From assembly GCA_031551525.1 (NCBI GenBank), contig JAVBNN010000023.1, positions 46,442-110,441 of the forward strand: 64,000 nt of DNA. The letters run 5' to 3'. Positions 10,694 through 19,030 of the stretch are shown here, piece after piece. Under the pieces are notes generated by a model. It ran no database searches. It was not told the DNA's origin and worked only from the letters and a program-made list of their open reading frames with translations. Made by a program: the position numbers and the translations under genes. Numbering within the stretch: the stretch's first letter is position 1; each line of letters starts with the position of its first letter. The stretch comes from Acidaminococcales bacterium. GTDB taxonomy: Bacteria > Bacillota > Negativicutes > Acidaminococcales > JAISLQ01.

Positions 10694-11779
10694 TCACTTT
10701 TCGCTTTTCAAACCCGCGCCGCACAGCGGTATGAGCGAATCGCCCGGCAAATCATGCTCTTTTATGTAATCAAGATAGGCGGCATAGGTCGCTGCAGTAG
10801 TATGTTCGACAAATAATCCGCTCTTTGCCAACTCGTCACGGGCACACAATATGCCCTCCTCCGGCACCAATATCACCTTGCATTCGCCCGGATATTCGCC
10901 GCTCAATATTTGCGCGCCGCGCATAGGACGGCCTATCGCGATCCCTTCGGCAAGCGTGTCCAGCGGCGCCACTTCGCGCGGCTTACCTTCCGCCGCATAA
11001 AGCGGCGCACAATGGGCGCTCTGCACCATGAATATTTTGGGTAACCGCTCTATCACATCAGCCCGCAAGAGATCCATCAGGGCAATCTGGCAGCCCAGCA
11101 GCAGCGTACCGTTGCCCACCGGGATGAAAAGATTGTCCGGGATGCGACCCAACTGTTCAAATACTTCGTAAATGTAGGTTTTTGTTCCCTGGTAAAAAAA
11201 CGGATTAAAAACATGGCTGGCATAATACAGCCCCTGCTCTATCACTTTTTGTCGGCAGGCGTCCGCGGTTTCGTCGCGAGTGCCGGCAAATACCGTGACC
11301 GTCGCCCCGTGTGACTTTATCATTTCGATTTTTTTCGGCGAAGTGCCCCGCGGAACGAATATTTCGCACTCTATGCCGGCGCGCGCCGCGTAGGCCGCGA
11401 TGGAGTTTCCTGCGTTGCCGCTCGAATCTTGCAAAATCTTTTTTACGCCGATCGTTTTACACAGCCAGATAAGCATAGCCGCTCCGCGGTCTTTAAACGA
11501 CAGTGTCGGCATGGCATAATCAAGTTTAAGATAAAGCTCTTTTTTATAAGGCACCAGGCTGGTCACGCCTTCGCCCAGCGTTATATCCCGCCACAATTCA
11601 TTTTCCAGAGGAAAAAACGCCCGGTAGCGAAAAATATTGAACTCCTTCTGGTCAATAAAAGACAAATCAAACTCCGGTGGCGCAAAATCCAGGTTGTAAA
11701 GACCGCCACAGGAACAACAATAATCAAAGGTGTCGATGGATACGCTCTTGCCGCAACCGGTACAAACAAATTTTGTCAT
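10694..11779 (-). CDS. PLP-dependent threonine synthase-like enzyme with N-terminal 4-Cys zinc ribbon
   Basis: SFKDRGA PLP-lysine motif and fold-type II pattern (SSGNAGNSIAAYAA). N-terminus is CTGCG...CCSCGG. Confidence 0.75.
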   Translation of the reverse strand: MTKFVCTGCGKSVSIDTFDYCCSCGGLYNLDFAPPEFDLSFIDQKEFNIFRYRAFFPLENELWRDITLGEGVTSLVPYKKELYLKLDYAMPTLSFKDRGAAMLIWLCKTIGVKKILQDSSGNAGNSIAAYAARAGIECEIFVPRGTSPKKIEMIKSHGATVTVFAGTRDETADACRQKVIEQGLYYASHVFNPFFYQGTKTYIYEVFEQLGRIPDNLFIPVGNGTLLLGCQIALMDLLRADVIERLPKIFMVQSAHCAPLYAAEGKPREVAPLDTLAEGIAIGRPMRGAQILSGEYPGECKVILVPEEGILCARDELAKSGLFVEHTTAATYAAYLDYIKEHDLPGDSLIPLCGAGLKSEK

Positions 11780-11810
11780 GATACACCCTCCGCAAACAGT
11801 TTATACTATT

Positions 11811-11839
11811 ATTATACTGGATGGAAAAATAGCTGGCAA
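11811..11839 (-). promoter_or_regulatory. Sigma-A promoter of the ThrC-like gene
   Basis: Minus strand reads TTGCCA, 17-nt spacer, TATAAT, about 30 nt upstream of the ATG at 11779. Confidence 0.65.
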
Positions 11840-11860
11840 AAAAAATCGCCAATAATACAA

Positions 11861-11886
11861 AACAGGCTGCTTATTTACAGCCTGTT
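11861..11886. terminator. Orphan intrinsic terminator-like hairpin in the 366-nt intergenic region
   Basis: AACAGGCTG-cttattta-CAGCCTGTT. The minus strand continues TTTTGTATTATTGGCGATTTTTTTT. No CDS lies upstream of it on either strand. Confidence 0.5.
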
Positions 11887-12145
11887 CTTTGCTTGAAGTC
11901 CCCGGGCAGCTGTTTAAAAGATACACACCGCATAATCAGCCGACCGATAGCCATAGCAAAAACTTGTAATATACTAGCATGAACACGCCAAACAGCAAGA
12001 CCGCGGGCAGCGTTTTCGCACCACTTCACCCGGAGCCAGACACACAGGCGCCAGCGATAGCAATATCATTTTCCCCTTGACTCGGGGTCGGCTACAGGCC
12101 TTATACTATAAATAAGAGCATAAATATTGAAGAAGGGTTGATAGC

Positions 12146-13285
12146 ATGACTAAAAAATTGGGCTTTGGCTGTATGCGGCTGCCGCTCCTGGACACAAAAG
12201 ACCCGACGTCTTTTGATATGCCGCTTTTGGAAAAAATGACAGACACCTTTATTGAAAAAGGCTTTACCTATTTTGACACCGCTTATCCTTATCACGCCTT
12301 CAAAAGCGAAGACGCGGTGCGGGAAGCGCTGGTAAAACGGCACCCGCGCAACGCTTTTCAGCTGGCGGACAAAATGCCTGTGCGCATGTTAAACAGCAAA
12401 GAGGATCTCGACATCATCTTTCAGGAACAGCTGCAAAAATGCGGTGTGGATTTTTTCGATTATTATCTTTTGCACAACCTGGGACAAAATTCTTACGTGC
12501 AGGTGAAACAATACGAATGCTTCGATTTCATCCGGCGCAAAAAAATAGAGGGCAAAGTACACTATATCGGCTTTTCCTTTCACGATACGCCCGAACTATT
12601 GGACGAAATACTCTCTACCCAACCGGGGCTTGATTTCGTGCAGTTGCAGATCAACTACATCGACTGGGAAAACCCCAACATCCAGTCCCGGCGCTGCTAT
12701 GAAACAGCACGAAAACACAACTTGCCCATCATTGTCATGGAGCCGGTCAAGGGCGGCAGCCTTGCCACATTGCCATCCGAAGCGGAAAATCTGCTGCGCA
12801 CCTGCAATGCGGAGGCATCGCCCGCTTCCTGGGCCATTCGCTTTGCCGCCAGTTTAAAAGGCGTATGCATGGTGTTAAGCGGCATGAGCAGCCTCGATCA
12901 GGTATTGGACAACACTTCTTACATGACAGACTTTTATCCCCTCTGCGAAGAAGAAATAAGCATCATAGAAGAGACGGCTGCAGTCATCAATGCCAATATC
13001 GCCGTCCCCTGCACCGTCTGCCGCTACTGTGAGCGCGTGTGCCCACAAAACATCGCCATACCAGACTATTTTTCGCTTTACAACAACGCCAAACGCACAT
13101 CGGTCGGCAGCCAGTTCGTCTACTATCTCAACATTGCAACGCAACGCGGAAAAGCCGGCGACTGCATAGCCTGCCGCCGCTGCCTGGGCGAATGTCCGCA
13201 ACATATAAGTATAATCGCGGCACTTGAAAAAGTATCCGCCATGTTTGACAATAGGTCCCTGCCAGGCCGACCTGTGAAAGAATGA
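12146..13285 (+). CDS. Aldo/keto reductase with C-terminal 2x[4Fe-4S] ferredoxin-like domain
   Basis: AKR N-terminal signature (LGFGCMRLP...FDTAYPYH) plus two CxxCxxCxxxCP motifs (CTVCRYCERVCP, CIACRRCLGECP). Confidence 0.85.
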   Translation: MTKKLGFGCMRLPLLDTKDPTSFDMPLLEKMTDTFIEKGFTYFDTAYPYHAFKSEDAVREALVKRHPRNAFQLADKMPVRMLNSKEDLDIIFQEQLQKCGVDFFDYYLLHNLGQNSYVQVKQYECFDFIRRKKIEGKVHYIGFSFHDTPELLDEILSTQPGLDFVQLQINYIDWENPNIQSRRCYETARKHNLPIIVMEPVKGGSLATLPSEAENLLRTCNAEASPASWAIRFAASLKGVCMVLSGMSSLDQVLDNTSYMTDFYPLCEEEISIIEETAAVINANIAVPCTVCRYCERVCPQNIAIPDYFSLYNNAKRTSVGSQFVYYLNIATQRGKAGDCIACRRCLGECPQHISIIAALEKVSAMFDNRSLPGRPVKE

Positions 13286-13355
13286 TTGGCCGTGCATCGG
13301 ACCGATACCAAGAGTATGACGTCACCCGTACGAAAATACGCTGTAAAGAACATGA

Positions 13356-13388
13356 AAAAGCCTTCCGGCATAATGCCGAAAGGCTTTT
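13356..13388. terminator. Bidirectional terminator (AKR gene on plus strand, original tRNA-Thr on minus strand)
   Basis: AAAAGCCTTCCGGCA-taa-TGCCGAAAGGCTTTT, directly abutting the displaced tRNA 3' end. Confidence 0.75.
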
Positions 13389-13397
13389 ACTTTTACA

Positions 13398-13443
13398 TGG
13401 AGCCACCAACAGGAATTGAACCTGCGACCCACGCATTACGAAT
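13398..13443 (-). repeat. attL: displaced original 3' fragment of tRNA-Thr (anticodon loop to CCA)
   Basis: The reverse complement reads ATTCGTAATGCGTGGGTCGCAGGTTCAATTCCTGTTGGTGGCTCCA: a canonical T-arm (GCAGG-TTCAATT-CCTGT), acceptor 3' strand and encoded CCA. 41 of 44 nt are identical to 60129-60172. Confidence 0.9.
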
Positions 13444-13535
13444 TTGCTCAAAAAACCTATATTTACGCGTGGTTACGGCATTTATCATTTTTTATCGGTT
13501 GCGAAAAAAGGCTTGAAATCGAGGTCGAATTTTCC

Positions 13536-13557
13536 GGTTGCACACCGGTTGCACACC
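13536..13557 (+). promoter_or_regulatory. Tandem GGTTGCACACC repeats (candidate integrase arm-type sites, attL side)
   Basis: GGTTGCACACC occurs twice in tandem. The same GTTGCACACC pair recurs at 60089-60110 just inside attR. Confidence 0.6.
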
Positions 13558-13566
13558 AAAAAAATT

Positions 13567-13998
13567 TCACCTCACCGCCGCATACACCGCCGCCCCGGCT
13601 ACCAGCCAGGCAATATTGCGCTGTTGCCTAACTACCCGGACTTTTCGCTTCATTTCTTTTTCGTACTGTACTAAGGATTGATTTGCCCTCTCCAATAAGG
13701 CTTTGGACGTCGCCAAGTCTAGCCTGGCCTTGGTTATTTCGTTCCTGTACGTCACTAAGTCCTGCTGCAACTGTTCTAAGGCCTGTTGATATTGCAGTAC
13801 TTTTGCCTGCTGCTCCGTCAAGTCCTGATTGGACGCTGTCAAGTTTGCCATCAGCTGACTGTTGTGCGTCTCGAGCTGAATGAATATCTCTTCCAACCGT
13901 ACCAGTTCCGCCTCCGTCACTTCGTAAGACTGGGCCAAGCAAGGCCCAGCCCACAAGAAGAAGGATAATACCAGCAATAACAAGATACGTCTTTTCAA
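13567..13998 (-). CDS. Spanin-like lysis protein (signal peptide or anchor + coiled coil + C-terminal hydrophobic anchor)
   Basis: Last gene of the holin-endolysin cassette. TTG start with a GGGGGA RBS. N-terminus MKRRILLLLVLSFFLWAGPCLAQ, Q/L/E heptad-rich middle, C-terminus NIAWLVAGAAVYAAVR. Third codon positions are G/C-rich, as in neighbouring phage genes. Confidence 0.5.
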   Translation of the reverse strand: MKRRILLLLVLSFFLWAGPCLAQSYEVTEAELVRLEEIFIQLETHNSQLMANLTASNQDLTEQQAKVLQYQQALEQLQQDLVTYRNEITKARLDLATSKALLERANQSLVQYEKEMKRKVRVVRQQRNIAWLVAGAAVYAAVR

Positions 13999-14032
13999 TT
14001 TGCTTTCCCCCTATCTCCATAAAATCACCGCC

Positions 14033-14692
14033 TCACAGCATGGCCAGCAGATCTTTTTTCTCGTTTATAAAACGATCACGCAGGCCATTTTTGACAACAT
14101 CTTCGCTGCCACAGGTCCAGCGTTCCGGATCCCGCCAAACGCCGTTACCGCGATAGGTAGCAATCTCACAGCAGTAGCGCAAAAAGTTGTAGACGCCGGA
14201 TATAAGCATTTCGTCAAAATTCGGCGCGTCAATATAGGACAGGTTAAGGTAGCCTGGTTGCTTAAACCGCATGCCCTTTAAAAACAATTCCGGTACCCAC
14301 CCGGGGCCGTAATGCACGGCGCGGGAAAACACCATTTCCTTTACCGCGCCCGAGTGTTTGGCCACATCAAAATTGTGCTGGCGCAACAACTCTACCGCCG
14401 GATCGTAGTACATTTTTTGTGCGTACTCGTGCTGTAAGGCGAGAAATTCATCAGGGGCATTTCCCGCTATATGCCGCCACAAGTCGGAAAAGGCCGGTGT
14501 CCCGGGATGAAGATCGGCCAATAAACTGCCGAAAGAATGTTGTCTGTCCAGTAACCAATCGACAAAATCGTCCGCCACCGAAACAATAAACTGGTGAGCG
14601 CCGTAAGATATTCCACCCAGGTCACCAACGCCGGTCGATACCGCGCCAGGCCGGTTGCCGCTCTCATATTTCCCTGAAACACTACCTAACAT
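14033..14692 (-). CDS. Putative endolysin (lysozyme/chitosanase-like glycosidase fold)
   Basis: N-terminal YESGNRPGAVSTGVGDLGGISYGAHQF resembles the Glu...Asp-GG-x-S/T-YG catalytic pattern of lysozyme-fold muramidases. The gene overlaps the holin gene by 11 nt. Confidence 0.55.
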   Translation of the reverse strand: MLGSVSGKYESGNRPGAVSTGVGDLGGISYGAHQFIVSVADDFVDWLLDRQHSFGSLLADLHPGTPAFSDLWRHIAGNAPDEFLALQHEYAQKMYYDPAVELLRQHNFDVAKHSGAVKEMVFSRAVHYGPGWVPELFLKGMRFKQPGYLNLSYIDAPNFDEMLISGVYNFLRYCCEIATYRGNGVWRDPERWTCGSEDVVKNGLRDRFINEKKDLLAML

Positions 14693-15212
14693 CGCGCCGC
14701 CCTCCTCGCTTTATTTTTACCAAATCCAGTAAATCCCCCGCCTGTTCTACGCCCGCCTCTTGCATGTTTTCTAGTATCGACATAGCCTCCGACGCCCCCA
14801 TGTAGGCGACAAATAGTTTTACAAAATATTGCGGCTCACCCAGCTCAAATAGCTTTGTATCAAGCGTGGCCGCCACTAGACACATCAGCGTATACCAGAT
14901 AAACTTCCCGGCAAAGCGGTGTTTCATCGGACCGCTTTGTATATAGCCCGCCTTGCGCGCCTTACGCATATTCCAGACACAGGCGGCCAAGCCCTTTTCC
15001 GCAGCCTCGCAGTCGTCGAGATATTGACGCGTCAGGGCGATCCAGCGCGTAATGAGATCGAACACCACCAAAATGACAAACAGCAGCAGCAGTTTGGTCG
15101 GCTTGGCGGCCAGCGCGGCCACCAAAAAAGACGCCGCCAGTTTGACCGGCCAGGCGTCTGCAAGTGTATGCATTACTTTGATGATTGATAAGTACAGTTC
15201 TTGGATGTTCAA
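14682..15212 (-). CDS. Holin (Phage_holin_4_1-like)
   Basis: 176 aa with 3-4 TM segments and the family-typical ASEAMSILENMQE motif, followed by a charged C-terminal tail. It lies immediately upstream of the endolysin. Confidence 0.75.
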   Translation of the reverse strand: MNIQELYLSIIKVMHTLADAWPVKLAASFLVAALAAKPTKLLLLFVILVVFDLITRWIALTRQYLDDCEAAEKGLAACVWNMRKARKAGYIQSGPMKHRFAGKFIWYTLMCLVAATLDTKLFELGEPQYFVKLFVAYMGASEAMSILENMQEAGVEQAGDLLDLVKIKRGGRRDVR

Positions 15213-15685
15213 TTACCGCCACCTTCTTCCCCCGGCCATACCAGCACCGGCAGCTCGGCAACAAGCTCGTCTACCGTAGGTATGCCCCGCAGTCCGGCCA
15301 TGACTTCATCAAGTATTTCATAGCACTTGGCCCAGGTAGCGTCACGCATTTCTACGCCGCGCTGCCCCTCGGCGGCAAATCTGGGATTGGTGCTGGTAGC
15401 GTAGGTGCAAAGGGCAAGAACGTTGTCATAATTGCGCGTCCTGGCCCATGCGTCAAGGTGGCGTTGTACTGCCGTCGTCAATTGTGCCAGTATTTGTTCA
15501 GGTGCAGGAGGCAATACCGGCTTTAGTGTAATTACTCCATCAATCAACACAATATCTGTAATATCATAATCATCTAAGGATTCCACCACAATCTCCCCGC
15601 GTGTATTCAAGTCGTCTGTGTTCGGCGCATATGCGGTTTTTGCAATGCAATCCTTATTATTTGCAAAAATATACAACATTTTCAA
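15209..15685 (-). CDS. Hypothetical protein, possibly tail-fibre accessory/chaperone
   Basis: 158 aa directly downstream of the distal tail-fibre gene and overlapping the holin start. No firm motif; the call is by position only. Confidence 0.3.
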   Translation of the reverse strand: MKMLYIFANNKDCIAKTAYAPNTDDLNTRGEIVVESLDDYDITDIVLIDGVITLKPVLPPAPEQILAQLTTAVQRHLDAWARTRNYDNVLALCTYATSTNPRFAAEGQRGVEMRDATWAKCYEILDEVMAGLRGIPTVDELVAELPVLVWPGEEGGGN

Positions 15686-15691
15686 TCCCTC

Positions 15692-16915
15692 CTATTTCAC
15701 GCCTACGCAAAGATATTGAGCAGTAGTATTTAAAGTTGTAAGTCCCTCATTACCTTGGCATATGATTTGTGCAGTCACCACACCCGTAGTTTGTACCACA
15801 CTGCACCTTCCCGCTACAACAGCATTTCCCCCTGCAGTGGTCTCGTAGCTATTCAGCCACACCGCACACATACACTGCGTCCTAGTGTAACCACTGGGCA
15901 AAGGTATTGTTCCACCATGAGAAATAGTGCCGCTCGTTACAACAGTCGTGTTTCCCCCGGCGGCGGCATAAGCCGCTATAGCCGCGCGAACAAAAGCCGT
16001 GGTGGCTATCTGCGTACTATTGGTAGCCGTAGCCGCCGTCGGCGCGGTCGGTGTGCCCGTCAATGCAGGAGAGGCCAGATTCGCCTTGGCCGCCAGCGCT
16101 GTGTTCATGTCCGCAGTATTCGCTTTACCACTAACCGCTCCGGTAACAAAAGCCGTCGTCGCCAGTTGTGTAGTATTCACTCCCGCCGCTGCGGTCGGCG
16201 CGGTCGGTGCGCCTGTAAATGCGGGGCTGGCCAGGTTGGCTTTTGTTGCCATATTCGCCTGCACAAAGGCAGTGGTAGCCAACTGCGTATTGCTGGTAGC
16301 CGTAGCCGCCGTCGGCGCCGTTGGCGTACCGGTCAAGGCCGGACTAGCCAGATTTGCCTTGGCCGCCAGCGCGGCGTTCACACCATTGGCCAGATCATAA
16401 GCCGTTTTCACCGCCTTTGAACTGGCAGCAGTGTTGCTGTCAGCGCTCGTCACGCTGTCCGAAAGCGGCGGCGTATCGCCCTTATCACCCTTCGCCCCGG
16501 CCGGACCAGTTGCGCCGGTCGCCCCCTGAATACCCTGCGCGCCTTTGGCCCCGGTAGCGCCAGTTGCGCCCGTATCGCCTTTAGGCCCTTGCAGCCCCTG
16601 CGGCCCTTGCGCCCCGCTGTCACCCTTTGCCCCGGTTGCCCCGGCCGGGCCGGTCGCACCTACGGGGCCTTGCGCTCCGTTAACGCCGTCCGCCCCGCGC
16701 AGGCCTTGTATACCCTCTTGCCCTTGTACTCCGGCTGGGCCCCGCTCGCCGGTCATTACCGGCAGAGCCGTGAACGGCGTCACACCGTCACCCAGTTTAA
16801 AATATGGATTGGGCCCGTCCGTAACCATGCCCAGTTCCCCTTTTAGCAGCACCGGATCGTACAGTTGCCAGTTCGCCAGCGTATCGCGCCGAAATTGTAT
16901 TTGCATTAAAGACAT
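15692..16915 (-). CDS. Tail fibre protein with Mtd/HylP-type N-terminus, collagen-like stalk and tail-fibre repeats
   Basis: N-terminus QFRRDTLANWQLYDPVLLKGELGMVTDG...KLGDGVTPFTALP. About 30 G-X-Y triplets. Three copies of KANLASPA[LF]TG.PTAPTA....T.T.[LI]ATTAFV. Confidence 0.85.
   Translation of the reverse strand: MSLMQIQFRRDTLANWQLYDPVLLKGELGMVTDGPNPYFKLGDGVTPFTALPVMTGERGPAGVQGQEGIQGLRGADGVNGAQGPVGATGPAGATGAKGDSGAQGPQGLQGPKGDTGATGATGAKGAQGIQGATGATGPAGAKGDKGDTPPLSDSVTSADSNTAASSKAVKTAYDLANGVNAALAAKANLASPALTGTPTAPTAATATSNTQLATTAFVQANMATKANLASPAFTGAPTAPTAAAGVNTTQLATTAFVTGAVSGKANTADMNTALAAKANLASPALTGTPTAPTAATATNSTQIATTAFVRAAIAAYAAAGGNTTVVTSGTISHGGTIPLPSGYTRTQCMCAVWLNSYETTAGGNAVVAGRCSVVQTTGVVTAQIICQGNEGLTTLNTTAQYLCVGVK
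16478..16750 (-). repeat. Collagen-like G-X-Y repeat region of distal fibre
   Basis: GERGPAGVQGQEGIQGLRGADGVNGAQGPVGATGPAGATGAKGD... is an uninterrupted Gly-X-Y periodicity over ~90 aa. Confidence 0.9.
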
Positions 16916-16929
16916 ACTTTATTTCCCCC

Positions 16930-18057
16930 TCACATAAAATCCGACGCCGTACCGGCGTCTATAACATCTACCTGCGTCTGATAAGCCCCGCCGCAATCAA
17001 TAAGCCCCGTAACCGGAGGCTGTCCGGGCGGCCCCGGCTCTCCCCGGTCGCCCTTGTCACCCTTTATTCCCTGCGCTCCAGTGTCGCCAATCGCGCCCCT
17101 TACACCCTGCGGCCCTTGCGGCCCCTGTGGCCCGGTCGCGCCTATGGAACCGGCGCCTCCCCTTTCTCCCGTCAGCCCTACTGGCCCGGGCGGGCCCTGC
17201 TGCCCTTGTGGGCCGGTCGCGCCGGTAGGCCCGTCCGCACCCTGAACACCCCCATCACCCTGTGTACCCTGCGGGCCGGTCGGACCGGGATCTCCCGGCT
17301 GCCCTCGCGGCACGCCAAACCATATCATATTGGTCTCCGGGTTGTAGATAGCCGACGGCCAGTCCTCGTGCGACACATCATAAGCGGCAGTAGACAACTT
17401 TTCCACATCAAGCGTTTCATCCCACAGACCGTTTCTGCGGCCATAAAGCTTCCCGTCTTCCGGCGCGTCCTTTACAGACGCTCCGGCCAACGCTATCGCC
17501 TCTCCCGCTATCTCTTTCGCCGCATCTGCCGTTTGTACCGCATACTCTATCCCGTCCGGGTTCGCCCCGTAGCGCAGCCCTGCGCCGTCATTCGTAACGG
17601 CGATACTCGCGCCCGGCTCTATAGGCGCCGGCAGCTCGGCATTAAAATCCTCGCTTACCGGAAATACTATAGCCCGGCCGACCTTCTCCCACAGTTGCTG
17701 GATCAGCATCGTGAGTTTGTCCGCCATCTTTTCAATGACTGGGAACGGCCAGCGGTCGCCGAGGTCTACCAGCTGCACCGGCGGCACCTCCCGGTAGAGT
17801 ACCAGCTTCCAGCCCGGCGGCAGTACCTCTGGCCGCTCGTTTTCCGGCGACTCCTCGCCCGGCGCATACCCCGGGTAAAACACCGACTTTTTCGCCATAT
17901 CGACGAAATAATTCTTGGCTAAAAGTTCCTCTTTCCCCTCCGGGTCTACCAGAAGCACCTTCACATGCTCTCTCTCGTGAAAATCGAACTGGCAGGGGAA
18001 CTCCACCGCCATCCCGTTGCCCTGGTAAACCACTTTCGTTAAAGTACCTGGTAACAT
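16930..18057 (-). CDS. Tail fibre protein with T7 gp17-like N-terminal attachment domain and C-terminal collagen-like region
   Basis: N-terminal pattern [18 protein letters not shown]...HVKVLLVD...YFVD...[17 protein letters not shown] resembles the T7 tail-fibre N-terminal domain. G-X-Y repeats span aa 252-347. Confidence 0.75.
   Translation of the reverse strand: MLPGTLTKVVYQGNGMAVEFPCQFDFHEREHVKVLLVDPEGKEELLAKNYFVDMAKKSVFYPGYAPGEESPENERPEVLPPGWKLVLYREVPPVQLVDLGDRWPFPVIEKMADKLTMLIQQLWEKVGRAIVFPVSEDFNAELPAPIEPGASIAVTNDGAGLRYGANPDGIEYAVQTADAAKEIAGEAIALAGASVKDAPEDGKLYGRRNGLWDETLDVEKLSTAAYDVSHEDWPSAIYNPETNMIWFGVPRGQPGDPGPTGPQGTQGDGGVQGADGPTGATGPQGQQGPPGPVGLTGERGGAGSIGATGPQGPQGPQGVRGAIGDTGAQGIKGDKGDRGEPGPPGQPPVTGLIDCGGAYQTQVDVIDAGTASDFM
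17017..17304 (-). repeat. Collagen-like G-X-Y repeat region of proximal fibre
   Basis: [96 protein letters not shown]. Confidence 0.9.
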
Positions 18058-18095
18058 TTTTTACACCACCCCCTACATTTGAATTTGGGTATAAG

Positions 18096-18127
18096 AAAAC
18101 CACGTAGGCTAATCCCCACGTGGTTTT
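18096..18127. terminator. Intrinsic terminator downstream of the Bro-N gene, inside the late operon
   Basis: AAAACCACGT-12 nt loop-ACGTGGTTTT. The minus strand continues TTTTCTTATA. Confidence 0.7.
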
Positions 18128-18145
18128 GATATTTATTTATGTGGA

Positions 18146-18730
18146 TTAATTTTTCTTTGTGTGTTCGTAATGTAAATGGCTCGCGTTTGACGCCAAACAG
18201 TAAGCTATGGTTCTTAAAGTACCGGCCATTTCTATAAAAGTACCGCTAAAGCCTATCCCCTCATAAACCTCCAGCACCTTGATAAACGTCTGCGCCTTGT
18301 CTTTCATGTCTTTAGCCAGAACTTTTATGTCCTCCAGTTCGGTAGGCGAGACCAACGGTACAGGTTTCGGCAACATCGGCGTTGTCGGTACTGGCTGAAC
18401 TGGCGGTAAATTCAAGGTGTAGCTGCCGGTCTTTCTGATAGCCGGTATAACCTCGTGGGTTATCCAGCGTTTAAAGGCTTTGGCTTCGGGCTTACGACTA
18501 TAAAGAACAAGGTGATATAACCCATACTCATTAACTACTGCTAATTCTTGCTTGCCGCCAAGGGTGTGCATTGAACGCACACCCTTTTCATCTTCAGCTA
18601 GCCTGCGGGTTTGCGTTCGCTGTATACCGACGGCCTCACAAACATCATTAGCAACAAACCAAGTTTCGTCCTTCTCAACGATTGTACGAATTTTCTTTTT
18701 CTGAAAATCAAATACCCGCAAATTACCCAT
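18146..18730 (-). CDS. Bro-N domain protein (prophage antirepressor-like)
   Basis: FDFQKKKIRTIVEKDETWFVANDVCEAVGI...NEYGLYHLVLYSRKPEAKAFKRWITHEVIPAIRKTG is the Bro-N/antirepressor signature. ATG at 18730 has a GGGAGG RBS. Confidence 0.85.
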   Translation of the reverse strand: MGNLRVFDFQKKKIRTIVEKDETWFVANDVCEAVGIQRTQTRRLAEDEKGVRSMHTLGGKQELAVVNEYGLYHLVLYSRKPEAKAFKRWITHEVIPAIRKTGSYTLNLPPVQPVPTTPMLPKPVPLVSPTELEDIKVLAKDMKDKAQTFIKVLEVYEGIGFSGTFIEMAGTLRTIAYCLASNASHLHYEHTKKN

Positions 18731-18772
18731 AAATAAAAACCTCCCAAATTTTTGATTTGAAAGAGGTTTCCG

Positions 18773-18795
18773 CTGTGATATAATAGATTTCACAG
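18773..18795 (-). promoter_or_regulatory. Palindrome-flanked 15-nt motif AAATCTATTATATCA upstream of the Bro-N gene
   Basis: Minus strand reads CTGTGAAATCTATTATATCACAG. The identical 15-mer sits at 40796-40810 upstream of the Rha gene at a similar distance from the start codon. Confidence 0.55.
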
Positions 18796-18851
18796 AAGGA
18801 AACTTCTGGCGAATAGGGTTTCCCTAATGTCTTTGACCGGACGGGGAAACT

Positions 18852-18992
18852 CTATTTCTTTTTGCTATCAAGGTCTTTTTGAACAAGCGTAAGAATATAC
18901 TCTTTTAAAGAAAGTCCTCGCTTCGCGGCCTCTACCTTGATAGCCGTATGTTGTTCGCTTGTCACCCTGATAGTTATTGTTCTCTCTTCCAC
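18852..18992 (-). CDS. Ribbon-helix-helix (Arc/CopG-like) small DNA-binding protein, copy 1
   Basis: 46-47 aa, below the ORF-track cutoff: V(V)EERTITIRVTSEQHTAIKVEAAKRGLSLKEYILTLVQKDLDSKKK. GGAGGTGAA RBS. Paralogous to the 40595-40732 product (KEYILELIQKDL). Confidence 0.65.
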   Translation of the reverse strand: MEERTITIRVTSEQHTAIKVEAAKRGLSLKEYILTLVQKDLDSKKK

Positions 18993-19030
18993 CACTTCAC
19001 CTCCTTGTTTTGCAGTATATACTGCATTAC

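Noticed and set aside
11780-12145. T-box or amino-acid riboswitch upstream of the ThrC-like gene
   Set aside because: I could not find the T-box consensus, a specifier-loop architecture or any riboswitch core. In addition, the hairpin lies upstream of the gene's best promoter rather than downstream of it.
12101-12343. 80-aa minus-strand ORF at the start of the AKR gene
   Set aside because: It is antisense to a gene with clear AKR motifs and has no RBS.
13628-14020. 130-aa alternative-frame ORF with an N-terminal TMD overlapping the spanin-like gene (possible i-spanin)
   Set aside because: Not listed as a feature. Its third codon positions are A/T-rich, unlike neighbouring phage genes, and the product is low-complexity G/S/A-rich. 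It is kept as an open question in the spanin finding because of its good ATG, its RBS and the Rz/Rz1 precedent.
15692-16915. Possible diversity-generating retroelement, because the fibre has an Mtd-like N-terminus as in Bordetella phage BPP-1
   Set aside because: There is no reverse transcriptase gene, no template or variable repeat pair, and no adenine-biased repeat downstream. Only the N-terminal attachment motif is shared.
15755-17922. Long plus-strand ORFs (221, 133, 130, 268 aa and others) antisense to the tail-fibre genes
   Set aside because: They are artefacts of the G-X-Y collagen codon periodicity and high GC. Their products are Arg/Pro/Cys-rich low-complexity sequences without starts or RBSs.
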